The notes beneath the pieces are model-generated. The model did no database searches. It saw only the letters and a list, made by a program, of their open reading frames with translations, and had not been told where the DNA came from. Of a DNA stretch of 64,000 nucleotides, positions 40,950 through 54,551 are shown piece after piece. A program made the position numbers and the translations under genes. Position 1 is the stretch's first letter; each line of letters opens with the position of its first letter. Source of the DNA: Rotaria socialis (lineage: Eukaryota); contig CAJNYD010000036.1 of the NCBI GenBank assembly GCA_905331295.1, positions 62,001 through 126,000 of the forward strand. The letters are read 5' to 3'.

Positions 40950-42262
40950 TTTCTTGTATCACTCATATAAATACAATATTTAGTCACGCGGTCGTCGAAA
41001 GATCGATACTCACCGTGAAAATTGTTTTTATTCATTCAAAAGAAACTTTGTATCGGAATTTCTGGTTCTTTTATCATGTATTATGTGACTGTGCTCCTAA
41101 CAGCTGCTGTTCACACCCCTTCGAAATAAAAAAAAATGACCTCATCTGCAAGAGAAAATCGGAATAAAGCACTGTAAATAGTGTGCTAGAATATTCATTC
41201 GATTGAACTGGCTTATAAGTTAACGTAGTGGGGTGCCGTTGTACAAAATTAAAAATATCAACGAGATTTCGTGCACCAATCATTTGTAATGTTCTTAAGA
41301 ATGGTAAATGAGGTCAAAGTCTCAGTTGAAGAGAATATCGATAAAAGTCAATAGCAAATGATTATATTTCGTTCAATTGAACTAAAGATAAAAATGTTTG
41401 GAGTTGATTGTATCGAATAGATTGATGAATTTAAATGACGATAGAAAGTTCGTTCAATCAATGGTGGTGTGCCGTAGAAAGCCCGAAAGGAAAAATGTCG
41501 AAAAGTAAAATATCGAAAGGAAAAATATCGAAAATGACAAAAGAAAAATGTCGAAAATTTGCATTAAGATGTTTTTATTCTTGAAATCATAATAGCATCA
41601 TAGCATAAATCATAGATAAATAAGAGTTATAAAGAAAGATGCACATATCCAATATTTACTAGTTGTTGTTGCTTTATTCATTTTGAAAAAAATATATTTA
41701 TCTGATACAAGGAAAGGTTTTCCTTTTTACGACTGAATAAATGAAATAACTGGAGTTGGCGGATGATTCTCACCAGATAAAAATGAGCAAGCTGTAGTCA
41801 TCATGATAGAATTTTAATCGTTGTATACTATTTTACACCCATTTTAGCTAGTTTTCATAAGATATTACTTATCAATGGTTAACAGTGTCAAACCAATGGA
41901 ATAATCAGATTAACAACAATGAACAATAAATTATTAGAACCTTCATTTAGTAGAGATGTCCCTTTTTTCTATCTTTTCTGTTTTCGACATTTATCCATTC
42001 GACATTTTTCCCTTTCGATATTTTTCTTTCGGTATTTTTCCCTTTCGATATTTTTCTTTCGGTATTTTTCCCTTTCGACATTTTTCCTTTCGGCCTTTCT
42101 ACGGCCAACCTCAATATTGCCATCAGGTGACTATTGAGATTGCTGAAAGACCATAAGACATCAGCAGTAGATGAATAGGAACATATTTCAATGAATGATA
42201 GATCAAACAAATCATTGAACGCAGTGAATATTTTTCTGAATGGAACAAAGAGAGCGTAACAT
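40950..42262 (-). pseudogene. F-box/LRR-like pseudogene interrupted by a transposon
   Basis: FNDLFDLSFIEICSYSSTADVLWSFSNLNSHLMAIL|(insertion)|IERTFYRHLN..IRYNQLQTFLSLVQLNEI*SFAIDFYRYSLQLRL*PHLPFLRTLQMIGARNLVD; in-frame stops and frameshifts; 3' boundary approximate. Confidence 0.65.
41466..42110. mobile_element. Non-autonomous Mutator-like foldback element (645 bp)
   Basis: TIRs GGTGTGCCGTAGAAAGCCCGAAAGG / CCTTTCGGCCTTTCTACGGCCAACC with tandem ~15-bp units CGAAAGGAAAAATAT; imperfect TSD TCAATGGT/TCAATATT. Confidence 0.88.
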
Positions 42263-42791
42263 ATATCGTTTTGACTATCATTCGTACAAGGTTACGAAGC
42301 AAACGCTCACTTCGTCGATTTTATAAAGAAAATATGAACACTGAATTGCTGTTTATGGCTTATTTATATCCGCCTCAAATTTGAATAGGAATATATTTGT
42401 TAATTTCACGATGTATACGTTTTAGTATGATTATAGTGTGACTACGAAGTCACAAAAAACTATTTAAAAAGAGAGTTCAACATATTTTATTAAAATGAAA
42501 ATATTAAGCAGAGACAAATGACCAAGCTAGCTAGAGAACAACACATCAACATTTGAATAACCAATGCACTATGTGTGATCATTTTGACTAATCTGAACTT
42601 CTAGATTAAGACGTATCATGAATTGACATTCTTCTAAGTGTTATTAACTATTGACGAGTAACGTAGCCACTTCCGTGAAATATATGATAGAGAGAAAAAT
42701 ACTGCATTTCCCATATACGAGTTTAGTGGATTAAAATTACAATTCAAAAAAGAAACGTGCCAGTCAATATCTATAATAATTAGTTTTTATA

Positions 42792-45700
42792 TCATCGAAT
42801 AAAGCTAAGAAAAACAATAAGTGCCGCACAGATGATAGCACTTTTGCCATGATTCAACCCATCACTTTTTGTACTTGGTGTTGATTCGTTGATGATTGTT
42901 GTCGTATTAATTTTCATTGTAGGAGTTGCATCTGATGGAAATACTGGTTCCAAATGTTCATTGTCATTTTTCAGAATATTGTTGATCCAATCATAATAAT
43001 ATGATAGTCGAGTATAAATACCTGGTTGTCCAGGTCGCGCACAACCGTTTCCATATGAGACAATACCTACTTGTTCCCAATATTGTCCGGCCCATTGAAA
43101 TATTGGTCCACCTGAATCATCTATAAACAACATTTATTTCGAATTATAATGACAATTAGAATACATGTTATTTTTTACGAAACGCACATTTGCAAGAATC
43201 TAAAATAAGAATAAATACAACGAAATGATAAATAAGAATATGCAAATATAAATCTTTAATAGATTAACCTTTTCCACCTTCTGGTAATCCAGCACAGAAT
43301 TGTAATTGTGAATCATTGATTGAACCTCTACATATGGGATCGTCATTATCCATCGCATAAACCACTACTTGTTGAAGCGTTGTTGGCATTAGTGATAGCC
43401 AACTTTCATATAAGTTACCCCATCCAATTACAGTAAGTGGAGTATTATTTTCAATATATCTATCATTCAATGTTGGTGAACTAACAGGATGTATACATGA
43501 TTTTGTTAAAAATCGATCCCTATCAAATACTAGTGATTCATTGATATGTAATAAAGCAATGTCGTGGCGATAACCATCCTCTGGACCAATATAGTTTGGA
43601 TGAATATAAATTCTATCAACAGTACGTCGAATTACTTTCGAATCTGAAATATGTGTCATACCAACTACAATAGAGAAACCGACTGTTGGATTCGATACGG
43701 GTCCGGTATGGCAATGAGCAGCTGTAAGAATATAAGAGTTAGACAATATAGTTCCACCACAATCATGCGAATCTGGAAATTCTAAACGTAAAGAAGCTAT
43801 CATTGACCAACTGTGCTCTCGGGCATCTTCACCGCCTACTATACGTGTTGGTGTAATAGCTACAGGAGTAGCACCACAACCACATGTTGATGTTGTATTA
43901 CACCGATATTCAACAGAAGGTTTTACGGATTTTGTTGTCATACTAACAGTAGTAGTTGTAGTTGTAGTTCGTGAAGGAGATGGTATTGTACAATTATTAA
44001 TGATAGATTGAATCCAATCATTATATTCCACAATTCTTGTATAGATTCCTGCATTTTTCAGGGGAGTACAATCGATTGTATGTGATGCAATTCCGACTTG
44101 TTGCCAACGATCGCCCAACCATTCAAATATTGGGCTTCCAGTGTCCCCTAGATTTCAAGAATAAAAATAAAAAATTCAATCAAAAAAAAAACTGTTCACA
44201 CACATACCAACACATGGAACTACAATAAAAGAATTCGATACATATGTATATATTTGTATATTTATATTTTTCTCGAACTTAATTTCTCACCTGTGCTACC
44301 TGCTTTTACACCTGCACAAAACTGAATATCACGATGCTTGTCCAATATAAAACAAGACTTTTCTGTATGATCTATAGAATATATTTGAACTTGCTGAAGT
44401 AAATCCTGAACAGTTTTATTTTGACAATTCATAGAACCCCATCCGATAAGTGCTAGATCTAATTCATGTTCTGGATTAGTCGTTGAATTGAATATGGGTT
44501 CACGTTTTTCAGGTACACATGTTCGACTAACAAAAGGATCGTTATCGAAATCTAATGGTTGAGACATATGCAAAATTGCAATATCATTTGCATAATTATC
44601 TGATACTCCCATATAATTTGGATGTAAAAATATTTGATCGATTTTTCTATATGTCGAATCGTGTTCTGAATAATTATGAATACCAGCTACAATAGTGATA
44701 CCAAATGATGGTACATTCGCAATACATGAAGCTGATGTTAAGATATAATATTCAGTTAGAATCGATCCACTACACGAATGCTTATTACTACCATTCATAC
44801 GTATCGAAACAATCATAGACCAACTATACGGTACTGCTTCGCTCTCAATGATAGTATCTAATTGAGGAAATTGAACACTTCTACGACCGCAACCACATGG
44901 TACTTCGTATTTATTACATTGATAAGTCGTTAAAGGTGGATCTGTTATATTTATTGGTGGAAGAGTTGGTAGGATAATTATTTCTTCTGTCGTTTTATCA
45001 TCAGTTTTTATATGTTCTTCGATCCAACTACGGTAATATGCAGTTCGTGTATAAATAATAACAGAATTTTCTTTACAAGCATCTGGTGTGTAGGATGCAA
45101 TACCAACTTGTTCCCAACGGACACCAATCCAGTGTAGTATTGGACCACCAAAATCACCTACTTAGAAAAGAAGTATACAAAGAGTCAAATCGCTTCCAAG
45201 TAACGTACCGTAGCAAGGACCTAAATATGCATAAGAAAGAGCGATGAAAAAAATTTTCTTTTAAAGCAAATAATAAAAAATCTCTTGCCTGCGCTAGCAT
45301 CAGATGATCCGGCACAAAATTGTATATTTGGCTTACTGACTATATTGTTACATTTACTGTTATTGTAATCGATCGAAACAACTAATGCTTGTCGTAGTAC
45401 GTCGGAGTCATCGCCACTTGGATGTGTACGACCCCATCCAACAACAATTAATTGTTCATCTCCAGATGGATATTGCAACAGTTCTTCAGTAAGATGTAAT
45501 TGCGGTGGGAGACATGTGCGAGTTATACAGTGATGTGTCTCTACATCAAGTGGTGTGGATAGATGAACCAAAGCAATATCGTATTGATGTCTGCTCGTTG
45601 AAATGTCCCAGTTAGGATGAATTATAACTTGATCGACATATCGGATTATTTGATTTGGTGCAGATCTATTGTGCATAGCAGCAGCAATTGTTACATTAGC

Positions 45701-46015
45701 AAGTTTTATATCATTCGTTATTCCGTCAAAACAGCTTGCTGCAGTAAGAATATATGAATCCGAAACTATAGTTCCTCCACAGATATGCATTGCAGCACTA
45801 CCAATATGAAGTAAATCATAGCGAATAGATACTAGCATCGGCCAACTACAAGGAACCCCTTCTTCACCGTTGATAATCCGTGAACTTTTTTCAATCTTCG
45901 AAGTACCACAATCGCAAGAAAGTTTATCATTGCATCTACTTTGTTGGGCATCAGTCGTAACACTGATGATTAATGCAATCAATAGACAATTTTTCATTGT
46001 TTGAAACTTTGCCAT
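42792..46015 (-). CDS. Tandem triple S1-protease-domain protein (polyserase-like) with signal peptide and hydrophobic C-terminal anchor
   Basis: Domain 1 R|IINGEE, LTAASC, GDFGGP; domain 2 LTSASC, GDTGSP; domain 3 R|IVGGED, LTAAHC, HDIALL, DSGGP; P/T-rich linkers; tail [15 protein letters not shown]; 12-nt microexons at 45209-45220, 44208-44219 and 43188-43199. Confidence 0.9.
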
Positions 46016-49000
46016 AATTAAGTAAAGTATAGAAATGAGTCTATGATATTAAACTTTACAATTATATATGATGAATTTAGGAAAGCCCATAGTTGTTTTT
46101 ATTTTTTACTTGATATTTATGTATTTACCTGGCTGCGTAGGCACATTGTTAATATTGAATAGTATATCATGTGTAATACAAATGTAACTTGATCAAATGA
46201 GATTTAGCTAAGTAAGAAAAATGATATCGGCGACGTATGTTGTTGAATAACTAGAAAAATAAAATGCTTTGTATTGCAGTTAATTTCTTGCAAAAACATC
46301 AACAACAATGCATATCATTTTTTCAGCGTTTCTTTTTATTAGCGGTATCTGGAAGTTAGAAACAAAAAAATATTTATATCAGATTTCTAAGCAAGTTAAT
46401 ATTTATTTCAAATCTTTATTGAAAGAAGATCAACGAATTCAATGCAAATGACGTACATATTTATGTCAGTTCTTTTCTGAAATGTACTTCGAATGAGAAT
46501 TCGAATTAAAAATATGTATGCTTTTATTCGAAGTACAAATGAATATTTTGTGTTATGAACTATCTGATTATAGAAATATTAAATTAAAAACTAATCAAAA
46601 GAGTACACCATATTTTCTTATGATTGTGTGTGACATATGACGATTGAGAAATAATTACAAGTGCAGCATTTTAAATGAATGTGTCCAACACACGAAGTAA
46701 TCTTCTAGCTGCCAAATATGGAATTCAGCGAGATTCGTCTACAATGCCAAAACATGTAAACAGTACGAAAGCTTATTGAATGCATTGATAAAAACAAGTT
46801 CATAGAGATCTATGCATTATTAAATGAAACAAACCATTCGGAAGTAGTAAGCATTGGCTGAAAGATTCAAAGCTAATTACTTGATTATTAGTCATCTTAA
46901 ATTGCGTAGCAATAATAAAACTAGATTGTGCAATTGATGGTACTCGGTCATAATTTCAATCAAATCATATGTTGTTTCATCACGTCGTTCATGACTTCAT
47001 CTTGTACACAGTGACTTAAATAATGAAAATTTTCGTCTAATATCAGATAATTTCTATAGTGAAAACAATAAATGTTCATCTAGTTCAAATATACGAAAAA
47101 CATTTCTGTTCATTTAGACTATAGTATCTGCTCTGAGTTTTTTATTTATCACAGATAATATTTTAAAGTTTATGAAAAACCATTTGCTACTCTGATTTGA
47201 TGTGTTTTGGTATTCTGAAGCATTTCATCTTGATGCGTCACTTATGTTGAGAAAACATTGGCATATTATTTTCGTTTAATACCAGAATAATCATCAAGCC
47301 GGTAATTGACCTGTTTAAAATTTTAGTATGTGAATTCCATTCTTCATCTTGTGATTGGACACTTCTGTGCAGGACATTCATGTACAAATGCAATTCAATA
47401 ACGAGAGATATTCGTGATGAACACGGTCAGATTCAAGTTTTAATTAAAATAAATAGTAAAAATTCTTTAGCATTGCTGCATATACCGACTATTTGCAAAA
47501 TTGATAGATCCATATTGGCAGTACTGTTTTAATTAGTTAGAAATAGAAAAACATTTTTTTTATCGATGATTTGAAAATAACTCATGTTTTCTGTAAACAG
47601 TTTTTCATAGCCAAGTTCATTGAAAGCTATCTGATGTCCAGGCCAATCTATTCTAATAATTATTCTTAGTTTTAATTTTTATCATTAGCAATTTTTTCAT
47701 ATTTTATCAACTAAATAAATGTATACTTGATGATGAAAACAATTTTTTTTTATGCACTTCAATTATCTTTCAACAAAGTCTTACTAAAGGAACAAATAGT
47801 AGAGTTCAATACAAACACCTCTGCTATTTCTTCTTCCGTTCTAGTGTTGGCATTATATATTTAATCTTCGAATATTTGCGAGGAATTTTTTGTCTTCTGT
47901 ATATAGTAGATTAAGAACGAACAAGAGATAATTGTTAACATGATCTGTTTTTATAAAACTGATACTAAACATTTGATGAAATAAAATTTTTAAATACCTT
48001 GTTTCTTCATTTTCTTCACGAACCTTTTCATCTTTGATTGACATCTTCATCAAATCAATATAGATATACATGAAACCGTATCAAATTATATCTCATTTCT
48101 TTATGCTCTTTTTACATTATTTATTTGTATTGTTGCTAGAACTACACATTATTTAATAGGTAACAAATGTAAAAAGAAAAAATTCTATGTATCTTTATCA
48201 AAAGTGACTGGATTCTTTAATTCTATAATATTTTCATTATAAATTGTAATATACAAAATGCAAGGGAGAAAAGCAGCGCCTGGTCGACTATAGAATCCGC
48301 CAGAAGCCACTAGGCTCCAGGAGTCACTTTTCCGCCTTGACAAAATGTCTCATCTATTCTTGTCTTTCTTCGATTATTGTGAGAAGAAAATTAATTGTCC
48401 TTTTTACTCTCATTCGTGGAATACTCCGAAATAATCGAAAATAACAATAGAATATTTCGTAATCATTTCTGGATGACTCATATGTTTGTTTAATTAACGG
48501 GTACATTGCATCTTGTTAATTGAAAAAAATGAAGGTTGTTTCTCATGTCAAATACAAGCATTTTTGCATAATCACAGATTGCCCTCATTAGACAACGCAT
48601 CAGTATCCGCTTTTACAAATCAATTAAACCAGAAGTTACTATAAAATTATCGTTTATTTAATGTTTTTTTGATTATTTCTACCATATTATTTCTAGCTAC
48701 AAATTATCGGATACGTGTCACTCAAATTTTCAGCTTATGAAATGATCATTGTTGAGTAAACAAATTTTATTTGGAATGTTTCTCATATTATTCAATATAT
48801 TTCACCTAAGTTAAGTGTATACGAAAAATGTATTTAAATTAAAAGAGACTTGTAATATTATAACTTGAAATCTATTTATCTGCATCGGGATACAGATCGA
48901 CAAAAGCAAAAGTATTCAATTCTGTATGTACTAAAGGCTAATACAAATTTTTAAAAGCAATATAATCCTTTGTGTGTCATGAACACGGGACATTTTTTAA

Positions 49001-49997
49001 CAAAAATTCTATTTTTTTTATTCGTGTCAATAGTTATTAAGGAATGAAAAAATAATTTCTTCTCTAATATAAACAGTAGAATCAGACAATTAGACTTGTA
49101 AGATGCTTGTCTATTCTTTCAAGATTTGTTTCTTTGAGATTAGATAAAGACTTCTTTTTTTTTATAGAAAGCAAACTTCGCTTCAACGAGCTACTATAAG
49201 TTAGTAATCACAGGTGAGTATCAATAAATAAAAATATCTTGCAAATATTCGATCCTTATCTAGAATACATATAAGCGTACAAAAACAAAATACATCGATA
49301 AAGTAAAATTCACACAAGTCTGCAGATTGTCGAGAAATATAAGTGTTGTTTTAACTCTTTATATGTATTTTCAAGTTGAAAGTACTCAATACACCTAGTT
49401 GAAATTATTTTAGTGTATGCTTTTACGATAACATCATGAATATGATGTGAATTCCGTTATTTTAGATTATTTCTTCAATTTTTTTAGTTACTTTCATAGA
49501 TAATGGACTTACAGTAATACACGAGTATTTTATGTTCTCCTAGCGTCATCTACAAATTTCTCCATAAAATACAAACGAGAAATTTTCTCGTCTGCCAAGA
49601 AACAAGAAATCAATAATGCCATCGTGGCTGGCCCCATTTTTTGTTCTTCATAAAAAAAAATCCTTATGTATTTATTGCCTCTTGTTTTTGCCTACTTGAA
49701 TCTAAGACATGTATTGACTTGTATAATTGTTGCAAATTACTGAAAGAAAAACAACATGAGATAAGCAAGCGAACGGAGTTCAAAAGAGTTATGTAAATAA
49801 TACACATTTATTCACTTTTCACTATCATTATCTTGTTTTTTTTCTTCAACTATTCGATGATTTTTACGTTTTTATTCATGTTTATGTTTGATTAGATCTA
49901 ATCAACGATACACATTATATACTTGATTGTGTAAAATATATTTACAAGGATTATTTCTTATTTATAATAATAATAATAATAATCATTCAAAACGACC

Positions 49998-52900
49998 ATG
50001 TCGATATCGAAGATAAAGAATGCAGCTAAATCATTAAAAAATTATCAAGGTATTCGTTTTGAGCAATGCTTAGATAATGGTGAAGCAGCTGAACAATTAA
50101 ATAAATGGCTTCTTGAAGTATCATGGGAAGTTGCAAATAAAGGTTTATAATATAAAATTTATTTTTATTTTTATTTCATTTTTGTCGCTATATGTAAATA
50201 TGATTATTTTAGTTGGAGGAATATATACTGTTATACGATCAAAAGTACCAGTAACAAAAAGTGAATATGGAAATAATTACATATGTTTGGGTCCATATAA
50301 CGAAGCATTTGTAAAAACTGAAGTTGAAGTTGGTGAATCGAAAATAGAAGCTATTCGAGAAGCAGTGCATGAAATGAATCGTTTTGGTGTTCATGTATGT
50401 TTAGTTAAAAAAACGAGATAAAAATTCGCATTATTTTACGAAAAATTCTTTTAGGTTGTAACTGGAAATTGGTTAATTGAAGGTTTTCCTCAAGTTGTTC
50501 TTTTTGATATTGGCTCAGTATCACATAGATTAGATGGTTGGAAAGGTGATTTTTTTCAATATTCACGAATCGGTATACCATATCATGATAAAGAATCAAA
50601 TGATGCATTATTATTTGGTTTTTGTGTTTTTTGGTTCATTGGGAATGTAAGTAAAACTAAGGCTATCACTAAAAAACGATATATATATATATATATGATA
50701 ATGATTTATTTTTATTCCTCTGTTTTAGTTTATTGAACAAGTAAAACGACGACAAAAAAGTTATGTTATTGCTCATTTTCATGAATGGTTAGCTGGTGTT
50801 GGCCTTATCATGACGCGTCTTCGCAATTATGATTGCGCATTAGTATTTACCACACATGCTACACTTTTAGGTAGATATTTATGTGCTGGTTCAACAGATT
50901 TCTATAATAATTTATCTAAGGTATCAAACTTTTCTCGAAAAACTTCATTATATGAAATTGGATTTTTTGATATTAGTTCAATCTTGATAAAGAAGCTGGT
51001 GATCGTCAAATATATCATCGTTATTGCATTGAACGCGCAGCTGCATCATGCGCACATGTATTTACTACTGTTTCGAAAATAACTGGAATCGAATCCGAAT
51101 ATCTCTTGAACAAACAACCAGGTAGAATAATCTACCTTTATATGATTTTTATTGATTTAAATAGATTTGTTAACACCCAATGGATTGAATGTTCAAAAAT
51201 TCGCTGCGTTACATGAATTTCAAAATTTACACGCGCAAAACAAAGAGAAACTCAATGCATTTGTACGTGGACATTTCTATGGGTACGATTCTTTTCCATC
51301 GAAATATCGAAAAGATATTTCTATTTGATGTAGACATTATGATTTTGATTTGGACAAAACATTATATTTCTTTACTGCTGGTCGATATGAATTTACAAAT
51401 AAAGGTGCTGATATGTTTATCGAATCATTAGCACGATTAAATTATATGCTTACAGTAAAAAAATTATTTTACGCAAAATACGTTTCTTTTATTTTGTACG
51501 AATTCATCTTATTTTCAGAAATCTGGTTCAGATGTAACTGTTGTTGCATTCCTTATTTTTCCGACAGCGACAAATAATTTTAATGTTGAATCTTTACGTG
51601 GTCAATCTATTGCTAAAATGTTTCGAGATACAGTAAGCAATATACAAGCGGATATTGGCAAACGACTTTATGAAATTAGTCTGAAGTAAGTAGATTAAAC
51701 AAAACAGAAATTAAAGAATCAAAATATATTATCTTTACACTGTGAAATGTTTCAGTTGTAATGTCAAGGTTTGTCTTGATAGTAGAGAAATGAAATATTC
51801 ACAATGGAGTGTTTGAAAGTTGACTTTCATGTTTTGAAATGGTGATTGTCTTGATTGAAACTAAATTTTATATTTTTAGAATATATTAAAACTAAAATCG
51901 ATTTCTAATCTATTGATTTGATTGAAACTAGAATGTATTTTTACTTTAGAATCGAATAAAGAAAATTGGTTCACATAAAAACCACAAAAAAAATCAAGGC
52001 CAATCGATCACCAAATAGTGATATTATGAGTATGAAAGAAATGAAGAACAAATAGTGAATGGGAGAACGATTGAGTAATACTTTAGACAGTACAAACAGG
52101 CAATATCAGTGTTTATCATTAATCAATACAAATTACCAGGAATATCAAATCAATATATAGATTAAAAAAGAGCAGAAAATGATAAATGAAGGCAAAAGAG
52201 AAATTCTGATTATAAATTTTAATTAGACTTTTAATAAATCGCAGCATATTTCACGCTAAATATCTTTTTCTAAAACTTTCAAATAGTATATAATTCATTT
52301 CTTTTTCTTCTTTTGTTCTTCAGAGGTCAGCTTCCAACTGCCGAACAAATTTTGTATACAAGCGATTTAATAGAATTAAAAAAATGTATTTATGGTTCAC
52401 AGGTATGATCTATAATCTTTTTTTTTTGTGCTGAAAAACCAATTCGTCTCTTCTAGCGTTCAGCCTTGCCACCAATATGTACACACAATGTATGTGATGA
52501 TGTTAATGATCCAGTATTGAATGCATTGCGTCGTTGTCATTTATTTAATGCACGTTCCGATCGTGTTAAAGTTATATTTCATCCAGAATTTGTACGTTCA
52601 ACAAGTCCGTTATTACCACTTGATTATGATGAATTTGTACGTGGCTGTCATTTGGGTGTATTTCCATCCTATTATGAACCATGGGGTTATACACCAGCTG
52701 AATGCACTGTTATGGGAGTACCGAATATTTCAACAAATTTAAGTGGTTTTGGATGTTTTATGGAAGAACATGTTACTGAACATCAAACATATGGAATTTA
52801 TGTTATTGATAGAAGACACCAAAGTGCTAATGATTCATGCCAACAGCTTGCACAAGTAAAATTAAAGAAAAATTGTTTTTTTGTTTTTCAGAAACTCATT

Positions 52901-54551
52901 GTGTCTTTTATTGTTTTAGTATATGTATGATTTTTCATTATTAACAAGACGACAACGTATTATTTTACGTAATCGTACAGAACGATTAAGCGAATTACTT
53001 GACTGGAATATATTAGGCATTGTAAGTTTACAAAGAAAATAAGAAACTGAATTTCTGTCATGCTGAGATCTATAGACACACACACATCTAGTTTTTGTGA
53101 CTTAGCCTACTGTAACAGGATATGAATGATCCTATGATTTGACCTGTTTACGGCAGCTGTTATGTTTTTTTTTCTTTTAGTCTAATAAGGTCATAATAAT
53201 TGAATGCAAGCAGGAGCTGATTATCTTTATACGAGGATAGGGAAATCATGCAAATTGAAAATGACATGAATTTTTAAAAAGCATCTACTATCAGTAAAAC
53301 TATTTTGGGTGAGATTTGATGAAAAAATCTCAAAAATAAATATATTGTAAATCTTGTCAAAGTAAGAGAAACATATAGGGAGAGAAAACAGAATACGATT
53401 CAAAAACTACTCGGCAACTTTTCAACCATGATAATGATAATTTAACTAGATCAACTCTCGCTTTTATTGAGAACACACAGTACCTGTTTTTCTCATACGT
53501 GTCACGGATAAATCTTCATGATTGCCAAGGAGAAATAATATTCATTTTTTTATTTCCTTCGTTATCAGTATTCCATTGAAATCCTACTGGCGTGCTCTAG
53601 CTATCATACTTGAATACAGCAACAAATATTGTTCAGATGATTTGATTTTTTCTTACACCAACCAATTCATTGTATTTCAGGGAGAAATAATCATCTAAAC
53701 ATTGAAAAGAAAATAATAGTTCGAATAATTTTATCCAGTATCGACATTTCCATCAGTACATATTATTATTTTGTATCTATATTAGTATTACTATCGTGCT
53801 CATCAATTGGCATTAGCAAGAATACATCCTGAATTCGAAGAAGAATTAATGAAATTGGTATAGTTTTTTTTTTCTTTCTATAGATTTTCTCTAAATATAT
53901 TTTCTTAAGTCAAGTGAACCATCATCATCAACAGCATCAACCCCAGCTGTATCTCGTTCATCGACACCAGCACCACCTGAACACGACGATGATGGAAGTG
54001 AGGACGAAGATGAACATCAGCAAATACAACTGCCACCATCACAAGTTTCATCGCAAAAAGTAGTTCATTAGATTTTTCAATCTAGAACTCAAATAATTAT
54101 CATTTAGATTCCACAGAAAGAATTGCCTTCATCAGATTCATCATATAAACCTTCGTTTCCACGTGCAGCATCAGCTGGTAAACTTCCTTTCGATAAACAA
54201 CTTCGTGCAGCTGCTGTTGCTGCTGCTAATACCGCAGCGGCAAATGAACCAACAATGACCGATGCACTTGATGATGAAATATATCAAATTACACTTGGAG
54301 CAAAAAATCAATTAAATTTAGCATCTGCAAGCCACACAATACGGCATGATGATCAAATTGATTTTGGTCTATCCGATACTGGTGACTTCGTTGATCAAGA
54401 TGATCATAACAAGCAAGAAGTTACTGAAAAAAAGAAAGCATCAGCATTCACATCAACCGATTCGACTAAATCGAATGCATTGCAAGCAATGGTAACTTTG
54501 GAAGATACAGGATTATCATCGAACTCAAAAGATCAGTCGAATGATAAATGA
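49998..54551 (+). CDS. GYS: Glycogen synthase (GT3), multi-exon
   Basis: [91 protein letters not shown]-terminal phospho-cluster [14 protein letters not shown]. Confidence 0.97.

Noticed and set aside
41919..42156. Repetitive ORFs (RYFSLSIFFF / KGKNTERKIS)
   Set aside because: They are translations of the 15-bp TIR subrepeats of a foldback element.
53104..53158. Short imperfect inverted repeat in a GYS intron (CTACTGTAACAGG / CCTGTTTACGGCAG)
   Set aside because: Arms are only ~14 bp with mismatches and no TSD; insufficient to call an element.
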